Numbered from the stretch's first letter, positions 39,400 through 49,713 are shown. The stretch is 64,000 nt of DNA from a virus (IMGVR_UViG_2974778606_000001:68886-132885); one strand, 5' to 3'. The notes: generated from the letters alone by a model not told the origin. Numbers and translations are program-made.

Positions 39400-41322
39400 A
39401 TGGAGCCTAACGCTATTTACGCCGAGCGCCAGGGAAATCTGGGCGGCGAGACTGTTGCAATGAGTGTTGATGCTGCCAGCATGGCGCATGTCATGAGTAT
39501 CCTGACGGACCTCTATTCAGACCCTGTTCTGGCTGTCATTCGGGAATACAGCACCAATGCCTTTGACTCTCACGTCGAAGCCGGTGTGAAGCGACCCATT
39601 GAGGTCTCTCTTCCGAATAATCTGTCTCCCTTCTTCAAGGTTCGAGACTATGGCGTTGGCCTGAGTGTTGAGGACATTCGGAATGTCTATTCCAAGTACG
39701 GTGCCTCCACAAAGCGGACCACCAATGAGCAGGTCGGAATGCTTGGACTGGGATGTAAGTCTGCTCTGACTTACACTCAGCAGTTTACTGTTCGTTCTGT
39801 CAAGGGCGGCAAGCTCGCTCACGTTGCCATTTCTCGTACTGAAGATGGCTCTGGTGTGATGCAGGTTGTTCAGACAAAGGAAGTCGATGAGCCCAACGGC
39901 GTAGAGATTTCCGTTCCTGTTCACAGGACGAACGATTTCGATTGGAAGGCGCGAGACTTCTTCCGATTCTGGGAGCCCGGCACTGTTCTTGTTGATGGTG
40001 CTGAGCCTGAGCGCATTGACGGAATTGACCTTGGTGATGGTATTAAGGTCATCAAGTCTCGTCAGACTGACTATGTTGTCATGGGTAACGTTGGTTACCG
40101 TGTCAGCAAGGAACATGCTCTTTTCCAGGACCATCAGTCTTATCGTGGTCGAAACTTCGGCATTGTTGCCCAAGTTCCGATTGGGAGCGTGAACTTCACT
40201 CCCTCACGTGAAGACCTGCATTACACTGACAAGACGCTTGCCACTCTTGAAGAGGTGCGAGACATTGTCAGGAAGCGTCTTCTGGACAAGGCTCAGGAGC
40301 GAATTGATGCAAAGGCGACACACGAGGAGGCTCGGCAGGAGTGGATTGAATGGCGTCAGATGACTGGCAACAATCTCTCTGGGCTTACTTATAAGGGCGA
40401 GTCTATTCCTGGTGAGATTCAGGTTCGTCACATTCGCTACCGTACTGACTATGGTCGTGGTAGTGTTGCTGACTACGGACACATCAACTTCAATGAGCTG
40501 TCTCGATGCATCTTCATTCATGGGTACGAGAAGACTGATATTTCTACTTCTCACCGTGCAAAGATGCGTCTGTGGGCAGACCAGAACAGCTTTAGTGGCC
40601 GCACCTTCATTGTCACAAAGGACCCTATTGAGCAGAAGTGGTTTAAGTCTGCACAGGTGGGCACGTGGGAAGAGGTTTTTGCCACAAAGAAGCCTCGTGA
40701 GCCTCGTGACTCTGGCGCTACGGAGACTTTCATTGTCTCTGAGCCTGGTTCTCGATATGGTCGTAACAAGACCATTTCAGAGATTGACAAGGGCAAGACT
40801 CTTATCGTCTGGTCCTCTGGTGACCCTCTGTACGAGGACATGATTGGTGATATTGTCGCACTGCATGGCAACGCCGTTGGTATCCGCCTTGCAAAGAACC
40901 GCTGGGATAAGTTCCTGCGCGAGAACGCCAATGCCGTTAAGGTCACTGAGGTCATTCCTCAGATGGTTAAGAAGGCATTCGACGCGCTGTCTGCTGACGA
41001 GAAGATGAGTATGAGTATTGAGTACAACGACCGTAACTATCTCATGCTCCTTGACCCGAAGCGTCTTGACGACCCGGAACTGAAGCGGTACACTGAAGTG
41101 GTACAGAGCATCAAGAGGACTCCTGCCATTGACCACTTCAATTCTGTGGCAAATGTCTGCTCTCGACTTCAGTTCCACCGTCCTACGGTTGACAAGGTAA
41201 AGAGCCCCCAGGTAAAGTATCCTCTGCTGGTTGCTGTAAATGGCTACTCCAGCAAGGCGCTTGAGCACTTCTACATGTACGCAAACACTGTCTACGCAAA
41301 GGAAATTTCAGACAATGACTGA
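39400..41322 (+). CDS. rIIA: rIIA-like protein (N-terminal GHKL ATPase)
   Basis: LYSD...AVIREYSTNAFDSH, RDYGVGLS, YGASTK, G.LGLG.KS, PSRE.L. Confidence 0.85.
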   Translation: MEPNAIYAERQGNLGGETVAMSVDAASMAHVMSILTDLYSDPVLAVIREYSTNAFDSHVEAGVKRPIEVSLPNNLSPFFKVRDYGVGLSVEDIRNVYSKYGASTKRTTNEQVGMLGLGCKSALTYTQQFTVRSVKGGKLAHVAISRTEDGSGVMQVVQTKEVDEPNGVEISVPVHRTNDFDWKARDFFRFWEPGTVLVDGAEPERIDGIDLGDGIKVIKSRQTDYVVMGNVGYRVSKEHALFQDHQSYRGRNFGIVAQVPIGSVNFTPSREDLHYTDKTLATLEEVRDIVRKRLLDKAQERIDAKATHEEARQEWIEWRQMTGNNLSGLTYKGESIPGEIQVRHIRYRTDYGRGSVADYGHINFNELSRCIFIHGYEKTDISTSHRAKMRLWADQNSFSGRTFIVTKDPIEQKWFKSAQVGTWEEVFATKKPREPRDSGATETFIVSEPGSRYGRNKTISEIDKGKTLIVWSSGDPLYEDMIGDIVALHGNAVGIRLAKNRWDKFLRENANAVKVTEVIPQMVKKAFDALSADEKMSMSIEYNDRNYLMLLDPKRLDDPELKRYTEVVQSIKRTPAIDHFNSVANVCSRLQFHRPTVDKVKSPQVKYPLLVAVNGYSSKALEHFYMYANTVYAKEISDND

Positions 41323-42295
41323 CCTTCAGTACAGCCTGATTCGGAACTCAGGTGGAGAGGTTATCACCGTCTTCTATGACGGCAAGATGCTTTCTGCAAC
41401 TGACGCGCATCCGAACTGGGCTGAAATCAAGGCCGGTGTCGAAGCGGATGACGTAAATGTCATGTCGCTTTTCGACCCTGGCATGGTTGCTCAGTCTCGT
41501 TTTGAGCGTCTTTCCGACCGGGTGACTGTGAAGTCTGGTAAGGTCTTCTGGGACAACCAGCCTGTTCACAATGCTCTTACCGAGCAGGTTATTCGATTTC
41601 TCAAGGATGGCCAGGAGGACTTCACTCCTCTGGTCAACTTCTTTGAGAAGGTTCAGACGAACGAGAATGAGCACAGCCGAGAGCAGCTTTTCGATTGGCT
41701 GAATGCTCACGACTTCACCATTCTGCCCAACGGTAACTTCATTGGTTACAAGGGTGTTCGTAAGAACGGTGACTCTTTCGAGAGCATTTCTCACGGTACT
41801 GCTATCTCCAATGGCATTGAGTACAATGGCGCTATCCCTAACCCCCTGGGAGCCATTGTAGAAATGCCTCGTGACCAGGTGCAGCATGACCCTTCTGTGG
41901 GTTGTCACACTGGTCTGCATGTCGGTACTTGGAGCTACGCTTCTGGGTTCGCTCGGGGCGCAGTTCTCAAGGTCGAGGTAAACCCTCGTGACGTTGTTTC
42001 TGTTCCGACCGATTGTGGTCACCAGAAGCTTCGTACCTGCCGATACACTGTTCTTGAAGTCATTGACGCACCTGTCGCTGGTCCTCTGGATTACGACTAT
42101 GCTGAGGACGACTATGACAGTGACGACAACCCTTATGGTATTTACGATGAGGACGAAGACGACTACGGCTTTGACCTTCCAGTTGAGGCGGAGAAGTCAG
42201 TCGTTCAGACCATGGCTGGACCTGTGGATACTCGATTCAATCACCTTCGTCAGAAGCGTGACAAGTACGGTCGATTCATCCCAAAGAGCAAGTGA
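41315..42295 (+). CDS. rIIB: rIIB-like protein
   Basis: F.GYKGVR, VEMPR..V..DP...C..GLHVG, V.VNPRDVVSVP.D....K.R.CRY. Confidence 0.88.
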   Translation: MTDLQYSLIRNSGGEVITVFYDGKMLSATDAHPNWAEIKAGVEADDVNVMSLFDPGMVAQSRFERLSDRVTVKSGKVFWDNQPVHNALTEQVIRFLKDGQEDFTPLVNFFEKVQTNENEHSREQLFDWLNAHDFTILPNGNFIGYKGVRKNGDSFESISHGTAISNGIEYNGAIPNPLGAIVEMPRDQVQHDPSVGCHTGLHVGTWSYASGFARGAVLKVEVNPRDVVSVPTDCGHQKLRTCRYTVLEVIDAPVAGPLDYDYAEDDYDSDDNPYGIYDEDEDDYGFDLPVEAEKSVVQTMAGPVDTRFNHLRQKRDKYGRFIPKSK

Positions 42296-42389
42296 TGTTG
42301 GGCCCCTTCGGGGGCCCTTCGTCATCTCTTGACATAGCCATCTACATGATGTTAGAGTTAGTACAACGACGAACGAAAGGAAGGGCGTC

Positions 42390-43157
42390 ATGAAGATTGT
42401 CATCGCAGGTGACTGGCATGGTGACACGAATCACGCTCGAAAGGTTGTCCGTCTCGCGGCTCAGAATGGTGTCAAGGTCATCATGCAGGTTGGTGACTTT
42501 GGCTATTGGGAGCACGAGGTTGAAGGATTCAACTATCTTGACGCTCTGAATGATGAGTGTCGCAAGCATGGTGTCAAGGTCTACTTTGTGGCTGGTAACC
42601 ATGAGAACTGGGACCGTCTAGACTGGATGGAGAAGAATAACCCAAAGACCTACGCAGGTCTGACCGTTATCCGTTCTCACATTCGCTACACTGGCCGTGT
42701 GAAGCGCTGGAGTGTGAATGGCAAGTGGTTCCAGGCTGTTGGTGGTGCTGTCTCTGTCGATAAGGCACACCGAAAGCTTGGTAAGTCTTGGTGGGCTCAG
42801 GAGGCTGTACCTGAGAATGTGGTAAGGGGTCTTGAGAATGCTGGTCGTCAGTCTGACTACCTTCTTACTCATGACGCTCCAACCTGTGCCCCATTCAGGT
42901 TCCGTCTCAAGAATGACCCTGACTCTCAGATGCATCGAGAGTTGATGAATCGAATCGGCCGAGTCGTAAAGCCAAAGATTTGGTTTCATGGACATTACCA
43001 CACGTGGATGGAGAACTATCCTTTCATGCACCAGAGCGGCTACAGCAGCGTTTATGGTCTTGAAATGAATGGAGACTTCTACCACTGTGTTGTCCTTGAC
43101 ACTGAGAACGATTCAGTGGAGACTAGGACTGGTAAGGTCATCGAGCTAGAGCAGTAA
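42390..43157 (+). CDS. Calcineurin-like metallophosphoesterase
   Basis: GDWHG, GDFG, GNHE, THDAP, HGHYH. Confidence 0.9.
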   Translation: MKIVIAGDWHGDTNHARKVVRLAAQNGVKVIMQVGDFGYWEHEVEGFNYLDALNDECRKHGVKVYFVAGNHENWDRLDWMEKNNPKTYAGLTVIRSHIRYTGRVKRWSVNGKWFQAVGGAVSVDKAHRKLGKSWWAQEAVPENVVRGLENAGRQSDYLLTHDAPTCAPFRFRLKNDPDSQMHRELMNRIGRVVKPKIWFHGHYHTWMENYPFMHQSGYSSVYGLEMNGDFYHCVVLDTENDSVETRTGKVIELEQ

Positions 43158-43244
43158 CCTCCGCTTCATAATCAAGTCTGTGTTACTCTTTTAGAGAATT
43201 CTTCAAGAATGCGCAGACTTGAGGAGAAGGAGGTGAAAGTAAAA

Positions 43245-43622
43245 ATGGCAGATAACAAGTACGAATACAAGCCAAAGACATCTCAGGATGTTGTTGCACC
43301 GCATCTTGACCCACTAGCAGGTGAAGACGCAAAGCTGGCAGAAGACGCAAACGTAAAGGACGCAGCATTTGTTGACTATGAGGAAGCTCTAGACAACTAC
43401 CAGTCTCGTCCAGACGTTGAGACTCTGGCCGCACGTCGTGCACGTGAGGGTGGATGGAAGTTTGAGGACGCTGCGTTCCGTCGTTCTACAAAGGACGACG
43501 AGCTAACTGGTGGTGGCGTAGTCACCTCCGATGAAAGTGCTCCTACCAGAACTTCTGACTCAAAGAGTGTTGACCAGGACCAGAAGTCCTCTTCATCACC
43601 AGCACGTAAGTCCAGCAAGTAA
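43245..43622 (+). CDS. Hypothetical acidic protein
   Basis: AAGGAGG RBS; followed by a terminator hairpin. Confidence 0.7.
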   Translation: MADNKYEYKPKTSQDVVAPHLDPLAGEDAKLAEDANVKDAAFVDYEEALDNYQSRPDVETLAARRAREGGWKFEDAAFRRSTKDDELTGGGVVTSDESAPTRTSDSKSVDQDQKSSSSPARKSSK

Positions 43623-43921
43623 GCATAGACTTTAAAATTGAACAGGGAGGTTAATAGCCTCCCTGTTCGTCATCAGCAAGAGAAAAGAGAAAGCGATTAT
43701 GTCTGTTGTTCTAGACTACAACTCAGTTGACCAGTTCGTTACTTCCCAGAAGGAAAAGGGAAATGACGTTCGCTGGGAGGGCTGGGACCTTATCTTCTTC
43801 CGTGCAAGCCGTAACCATGGCGGTTGGTCAAAGCGTGAAGGCGCTTACCGCAATGGTAACTGGGGATTCCAGACGCGCGTAACGGTTGGAAGCGATGGCA
43901 AGTGGAGGGTTCCTAACCGTA

Positions 43922-44362
43922 ATGTACGGTCTGCCTGATAGATTTCTCGAAAAGATTACCATTGACTCCTCTGAGTGTTGGATTTGGAACTCAGTAAAGG
44001 ATGCTGGTGGATATGGTTTGTTTCGAGTAAACGGTAAGTGGGTAAAGACCCACAGATACACTTTTGAAATGGCAGGCGGGACGCTCAACGAGTCCCTAGT
44101 TATTGACCATCTGTGTAAGGTAAGAGAGTGTTGCAATCCGCATCACCTTGAACAGGTCACAATGGGAGAGAACACTAGGCGTGGCAATGCAGTAAAGAAT
44201 CGTAAGGCTCAGGCCGCAACGATTACTAAATGCGTGCAGGGTCACGAATTCACTCCTGATAACACATATGAATACAAAGGTAGGCGTATGTGTAAAGCGT
44301 GTCGTGCCAGTCGTAGAAATGTGGCAAGAGACGCGAGGAGGAAAAATGTCAAGCATTCTTGA
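43922..44362 (+). CDS. HNH homing-type endonuclease
   Basis: CWIW, GYG.F, HR, IDHLC....CCNPHHLE.VT..EN. Confidence 0.85.
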   Translation: MYGLPDRFLEKITIDSSECWIWNSVKDAGGYGLFRVNGKWVKTHRYTFEMAGGTLNESLVIDHLCKVRECCNPHHLEQVTMGENTRRGNAVKNRKAQAATITKCVQGHEFTPDNTYEYKGRRMCKACRASRRNVARDARRKNVKHS

Positions 44363-44654
44363 GCAAAGGGGCATAAGTCCAGAGGAAATTGAGTGGGAAG
44401 ACCTGGCACTATGTCGTGGTCTTCCCACTTCTTTCTTCTTTGAGACTTATGAGCAGGACAAGATTTCTGCCCGGTACGTAGACGAGATGTGCCTTAGCTG
44501 TCCAGTAATGAAGCAATGTGCAATGGCAGCCAAGGATAACAATGGCTTTGGAGTTTGGGGCGGCGTTTATTGGAACGCTGCAAAGGTAGACACTTATCGT
44601 AATGCCCACAAGACTCCAGAGGTGTGGAAGAGAATCAAGGAGAGGTTGTCATGA
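44346..44654 (+). CDS. whiB: WhiB-family transcription factor
   Basis: ALC....FF, C..CPV..QC, GVWGG. Confidence 0.88.
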   Translation: MSSILEQRGISPEEIEWEDLALCRGLPTSFFFETYEQDKISARYVDEMCLSCPVMKQCAMAAKDNNGFGVWGGVYWNAAKVDTYRNAHKTPEVWKRIKERLS

Positions 44655-45341
44655 GTGTCGAGAACGCTTGGGCCTTGATGCAGATGCAGAAGACTGAGGA
44701 GCTGTTCAGGGAATTCAGTTTTGAACCAGGTACAGGATTCACCTGCGACCTTGTTAAATACCCTGCAACGCAGCACGACGTTCCTAACTATGCACTCAGG
44801 GCGTACAGCAGCACCTATGACAATCTCACTGAGCACCAGAGGATGCTAATCGCAGAACAGATTGGCAGACTCATTCAGTCGATTCGTTCCCTTGGTGTAA
44901 ACTGTATATTGGAGGTCCATGATGCACCGGGAAAGTCAGGTAGTAAGGGTAGAAACGGATGAAGGTCTGGCGCTCGGAATAATTGAGAAGGTATTGGCGT
45001 TTCATTGTCTGGTGAAGTATTGGGATGATGAGGGCGAATGGCAGCTTGATTACTTCGAGCATGACGACGTTGAGGTCATTGGCGAAATAGGATATGAGGT
45101 AGAGTGAGAGAACTAGTTTGTGATAGCTGTGGGGGTCAGAGGTTCAGCCTAACTTCTGTGCAGTCAAAACTTCTCGGAACCATGTCTTTCAATCTGTGCA
45201 ACGGATGCAAGGACGATGGAAGAGAGCCACGATGGCTCATTGTTTTGGCGGCACGGAATGGTCAGGATGTGAGTCCCTGGCTTGACAACAAGCTATACGA
45301 TGGAGCAGAAATCAAGCAGGAGGATTTGAATTAAGCCTCCA

Positions 45342-45397
45342 GGCCGGGTATACTAGGCACATCTAGGGAACTATGGGGTTCGAATCCCTACCGGCCG
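45342..45397 (+). ncRNA. Minimal 56-nt tRNA-like element
   Basis: GGCCGG/CCGGCC acceptor, GGG-TTCGAAT-CCC T arm, single central hairpin. Confidence 0.45.
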
Positions 45398-45704
45398 CAA
45401 TACAATCCCCTTGAGGGGAGGAAAGTGTACGTTGAAAGCGATGAAGATGTATCTCAGTGTATAAGAGATTTGACTAAGGAGATTTGGGCAACTATTAAGA
45501 TGGTGCTGAGGGCCCAAGCAACATCAGAGCAAATATCTGATGCTGCTTCTAGGGCTAAATTTCTCCGTCTATACATTGACCGATATCGCTTCAAGAGGTT
45601 CGATTCGCTGACCGAAACTGAACTTTGGTTGGCTCAGGAGGTCGCAGACGCGGTTGAAGACTTGATTGATTGACTTTTAACTCATCTGTGATTACAATTC
45701 AGGT

Positions 45705-46106
45705 ATGTCCAGGATATCAACAGCACTAGTGAAGATTTTCAAGCATCCTCTCATAGTTGTAGAGGTGATTATTGCTGCTGGTTTGCTGGTCTCAGGATTG
45801 TACGCAGTAGGTCCATGGTATGTAGCCAATGCCACCACACCGATTGGTCAAGCAATTGATTCGACCGGTGTGAGAATGGCAATTGGTGGGTTTTATACTA
45901 TAAGCGCAGTTACTTCGCTGTGGGGAGCGTTCAAGTTTCAGGATGAGAACAGGTCAATAGGACTGTTTCTCATGTTCCTATCGTATTCTTTCATGACCAT
46001 TCTTAGATGGATGGCAATAGGTTTCACTCCTTTGACTTGGGTATTCAGCCTTACCTTGGCACTCATTGTGGCATTCCTATACTTTAGGATAAGGTTGCTG
46101 AAATAA
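45705..46106 (+). CDS. Membrane protein (4 TM)
   Basis: Hydrophobic segments. Confidence 0.7.
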   Translation: MSRISTALVKIFKHPLIVVEVIIAAGLLVSGLYAVGPWYVANATTPIGQAIDSTGVRMAIGGFYTISAVTSLWGAFKFQDENRSIGLFLMFLSYSFMTILRWMAIGFTPLTWVFSLTLALIVAFLYFRIRLLK

Positions 46107-46415
46107 ATGCCCGAGATTACTACGGCTTGGATAGCCTTGATTGGTACAGTGCTGGGTGGGGTTGGACTGAAGTTTGTCGAACACTGGCTCAGTCGTAGCA
46201 AGGTTCGGGACGACACAGCCGCTCAGCTCAGAAACGAATTGAGGACCGAAATCCAAGGACTCAAGCAAGAGCTGAACAATGTCGAAGCCGACCTAGACAA
46301 GTGGCGTGGAAAGTATTACGAATTGATGGACAACTTTATCAAAGTCAAGAGTGAACTTGAGACGGCCATGCGGCAGCTACAAAACAACAACAACACAGGC
46401 CCTAGCGCAAGCTAG
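46107..46415 (+). CDS. TM plus coiled-coil protein (possibly lysis-related)
   Basis: N-terminal TM, C-terminal heptads. Confidence 0.6.
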   Translation: MPEITTAWIALIGTVLGGVGLKFVEHWLSRSKVRDDTAAQLRNELRTEIQGLKQELNNVEADLDKWRGKYYELMDNFIKVKSELETAMRQLQNNNNTGPSAS

Positions 46416-46888
46416 GGCGTTGTGCTATCGTAAGGAGCATGATGATGGAAGCAGTGATGGAACGTCCTCTTCGTAAGACTGAGGACAGATGTGACAAGTG
46501 CAACGCTCAGGCGTTCATGATTGCAGAGAAGGGCACAATGGCGTTGCTGTTCTGCGGTCATCATGGTAAAAAGTACAGCGAGTCACTTGAGCAGCAGGGA
46601 TGGGAGCTGCTTGACTTCACCGACGAGATTGGCTAGAGTGGAGACATGGACAGCGAGCAGATGTACCTTGTTGGCGACATCGTTGAGATTTTCTTCAGCA
46701 GCTCTGGCAACCGAAAGTGGGTTGGACTCAAGGCGGAGGTGCTTCCTTGGCCAGAGAATGAGGAGCAGTATGAAGATGGCGAGCTTCACAATTGGCTGAA
46801 GCCTCTTTCTGACCGGCCTGATGGGCTTGAGCGAATTGAGTTCATGTGGTCTACTAGGAATCTTCGTAAGGTCGGGTAACCGACCCAT

Positions 46889-46968
46889 TCCCCAGTTGCT
46901 CTGTTTGGTAGGGGCCGCCTGACTTTGAATCAGGATTAGCGACGTTGGTTCGAATCCAGCCTGGGGAG
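46889..46968 (+). tRNA. tRNA-Gln(TTG)
   Basis: CCTGA-CTTTGAA-TCAGG. Confidence 0.85.
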
Positions 46969-47515
46969 CATGCTTAGTGATAAGGACAATATAGAATTCG
47001 ACAACATCGACATCTCTGCCGAGGGAGGCTTTCTTGTTATTGTCTTCAAGGCAGGGGATGAGCCTGTTGGCCGTTGGCGAATCGAAAAGAAGAATCGCGG
47101 AAAGATTATTTGGACGATGTGGAAGATGCACAGGAGGGCATTGAAGTGGCGGAATATTCCTTCACAGACCACCGAGGGCGACGGGTCAACAAAGGAGACC
47201 GAGTAAAGGTCTTCAAGGCTCCCAAGGGCAATGAAGCATGGATTGGGTGCACTGGTGTGGTGACAAGCATTAAGCTGCCATATGAGAGCCTGGTTCAACT
47301 CTTTGACCTTGAGGGGCAACCCAAGTCGTATAAAGACAGGTTCGTCTATCATCCCGCTGAGTTTCTGGAGAAGGTGTGATAAGTAAGCTGGAAGCTGTTG
47401 CAATTTCGGGACTGGGGTTTGCGGTTCTGGGATTCGGTTGGATTGTTTTTGTGTACAAGAAGTTCGTTGAGGGCCAGGGTTGATTCCCTGGCCTTTGGCC
47501 ATGTAAGGAGACAGA

Positions 47516-48121
47516 ATGAATTTCGAAGAATTGAATAATAATATTCCATACGTGGTGGGAGGGAAGAAGCATATTCTTTCTACCTGTCCCTATGAGGGCG
47601 TTACCCTGCGAATGCCAGGACGCCATGAGAACGACACTGAAAAGCCTGGTGGTGACTTCGTTGTAGAGATTACAGATGACACCACAAGTTGGGAGTCTAA
47701 GCAGTTCACACATCAGCACATCTTTGATGACTTCCAGAGTAAGACTGACTTGGACGCTGATGCTGCCAAGGAACTGATGCACTTCTATGCACGTGTGGTT
47801 CTTGAGGGTGTAGACGTGGACAGGCTGATTGTTTTTACACCAGACGTGTGGGAAGGCACGGTTAATCCCACAACGCTTCTGGCGGCCCTACAGTGTCTTG
47901 CAGTGGCCGAGCACAGGCGCTATGCTAGGTACGAGGCGAAGATGGGTGGACGTTTTCTGCCCGCCCGTTTTGTTGCTGGCATCGTCTATGGACAGTGGAC
48001 GGCAGATGATGCTAAGCTGGTAGTACGTAAGGGAAGGCCCGGTGTTGAGATGCTTGAACGTCTCAACGGCAAACCTCCAACGCTACAGGAGCTAGCTAAT
48101 GGACTACAAGCAACTCTGTAA
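47516..48121 (+). CDS. Hypothetical protein
   Basis: AAGGAG RBS, 201 aa. Confidence 0.7.
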   Translation: MNFEELNNNIPYVVGGKKHILSTCPYEGVTLRMPGRHENDTEKPGGDFVVEITDDTTSWESKQFTHQHIFDDFQSKTDLDADAAKELMHFYARVVLEGVDVDRLIVFTPDVWEGTVNPTTLLAALQCLAVAEHRRYARYEAKMGGRFLPARFVAGIVYGQWTADDAKLVVRKGRPGVEMLERLNGKPPTLQELANGLQATL

Positions 48122-48989
48122 CAACGTATACGAAGAGGAAACTCTAGAGAAGCTAGAACGTATGGTCAACTGTGACTATGCTAAGCACCACCACCTGTAT
48201 TGGCAGGGAGCAAATGACGCCCTGCAAACATTCAAAGACATGCTATGGAATAGGAGGAGCGGTGGCCGAGCCTAATAGGCCGAGGATTGACTTTAATGCA
48301 AAGGAACGTGCGACAGAGATTGCTTTGCTGAAAGACCTAAAGGACGCAAAGCGATTTAAGGATGTTTACCCCTTGCGTTTGAAGGAAGCCGAAGACAACC
48401 TTGCCGAGCTTTACAGGCTTGTAGAGGCCAGATATCGCGCCGGTAAGTAATGGAAGAAAGAGAAGCATTTGTATTGACACCCAGTTCTGCGATAGTTGAT
48501 TCTCCAGAAGAGGCTATTCGTGTTCTGAACATTTCCGTCTCATTGCTTTCTGCAATTGTTCAAGACCTGCTCTTGACATTCGAAGATGGAATAGACGACG
48601 ACACAATAGACGCAATTGGAATCGTCAAGCAGTCAACTGAAGGCGTCAATATGTATCTAGAAAGGCTAGGACTATGGAATTCGAAGGACTAGCCAAGGAA
48701 TTCAAAGCAGTCTTTGATGCTAGAAAGTATCAGTGGAAGATTGATGGCACCTTGACAGTGCCATCAGAACAGGATATCCTTGATACGTTGAAAGAGATGG
48801 CTGAGCGAATGGGTACGCTGCCTGACGGTACTCAGATGGAGCTTGGCCATATCATCTTCATCAAGGCTGGCAGTCTCATTGATGTGTATCTGCATCATGG
48901 TACTGTGGAAAGGCACAATGAACAACCCGATACGGAGCCTGTACTTTAGGCTCCGAAAAGCAATTTATAACCATCTGTGAGGAAAAGAC

Positions 48990-49409
48990 ATGGACTTCGT
49001 TTACACCAATTCAATCGCCACCACCAACAGCAGCGCCCTTCAGGGTGTCTACTGGAACAAGAACTCTGAGGAGCTGGTTGTTCAGTTCTGGAGCGGTAAC
49101 GTAACAAAGTACGTTAACTTCGATGAGGACGACTATCGAGCGTTTGCCAGTGCTCTGAGCAAGGGCCGCTTCTACGCTCAGTACGTGAAGGGCAACTTCC
49201 GTGGTGAGCGACTGGACGAGAACACTAACTTCGTTCACGAGCAGGATGTAGTTACTCCCCTCTCTGAGGTCAAGGAGCTGACGGCAGAGGTTGGTCCTTC
49301 TGTTGAGGTGACTATCAACATCTACGTAAACGGCAATCCCGAGGACATTGCCAAGGCTGTAGAGCGTCTTGCGCCTAGCGTGCGAGCGGTACAGAATTGG
49401 AGGGGTTAA
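48990..49409 (+). CDS. KTSC-domain protein
   Basis: SSAL..V.W......L.VQF..G...Y......Y.AF..A.SKGRFY...VKG. Confidence 0.75.
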   Translation: MDFVYTNSIATTNSSALQGVYWNKNSEELVVQFWSGNVTKYVNFDEDDYRAFASALSKGRFYAQYVKGNFRGERLDENTNFVHEQDVVTPLSEVKELTAEVGPSVEVTINIYVNGNPEDIAKAVERLAPSVRAVQNWRG

Positions 49410-49713
49410 TATCCTAGTAAAGGTAGATGCACTCAAGGATTTTGAGTCATACACCAGCAGAGAGGCGCTAGTCGTTTTCTCTGCACCAGATACCTGCATT
49501 CCTTGCAGGCGTCTACAGCCTCAGCTTGATAAGCTTGCTGAGATGCTTGACTATCCGATTGTCTATGTTGACATTGGTCATGAGGATGACGGCATTGGCA
49601 AGCTTTATGAAGTACAGTCGATTCCGACTGTCTATAAGTTTGAGGATGGAAAGCCAGTGGCCACAGTAAATACTCGTATTGCTGGTGCTATGGCTAAGGA
49701 ACTGGCCGCCTAG
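49369..49713 (+). CDS. Thioredoxin-like protein (start uncertain)
   Basis: FSAP.TCIPC, YVDI, VQSIPT..F.DGK. Confidence 0.8.
   Translation: MRLACERYRIGGVNILVKVDALKDFESYTSREALVVFSAPDTCIPCRRLQPQLDKLAEMLDYPIVYVDIGHEDDGIGKLYEVQSIPTVYKFEDGKPVATVNTRIAGAMAKELAA

Noticed and set aside
1312-44362. HNH genes as intron- or intein-encoded mobile elements
   Set aside because: They are free-standing between intact genes; no split host gene or group I core was recognised
2569-47131. ORF-track entries overlapping tRNA, tmRNA or Y RNA (e.g. 2569, 3784, 18130, 20393, 22150, 28083, 46583)
   Set aside because: Translations such as GFEP and GSIP are read-throughs of T arms; the RNA folds explain the sequence
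47470-47497. GGCCAGGG-TTGATT-CCCTGGCC as a tRNA T arm
   Set aside because: Isolated hairpin without acceptor or D arms
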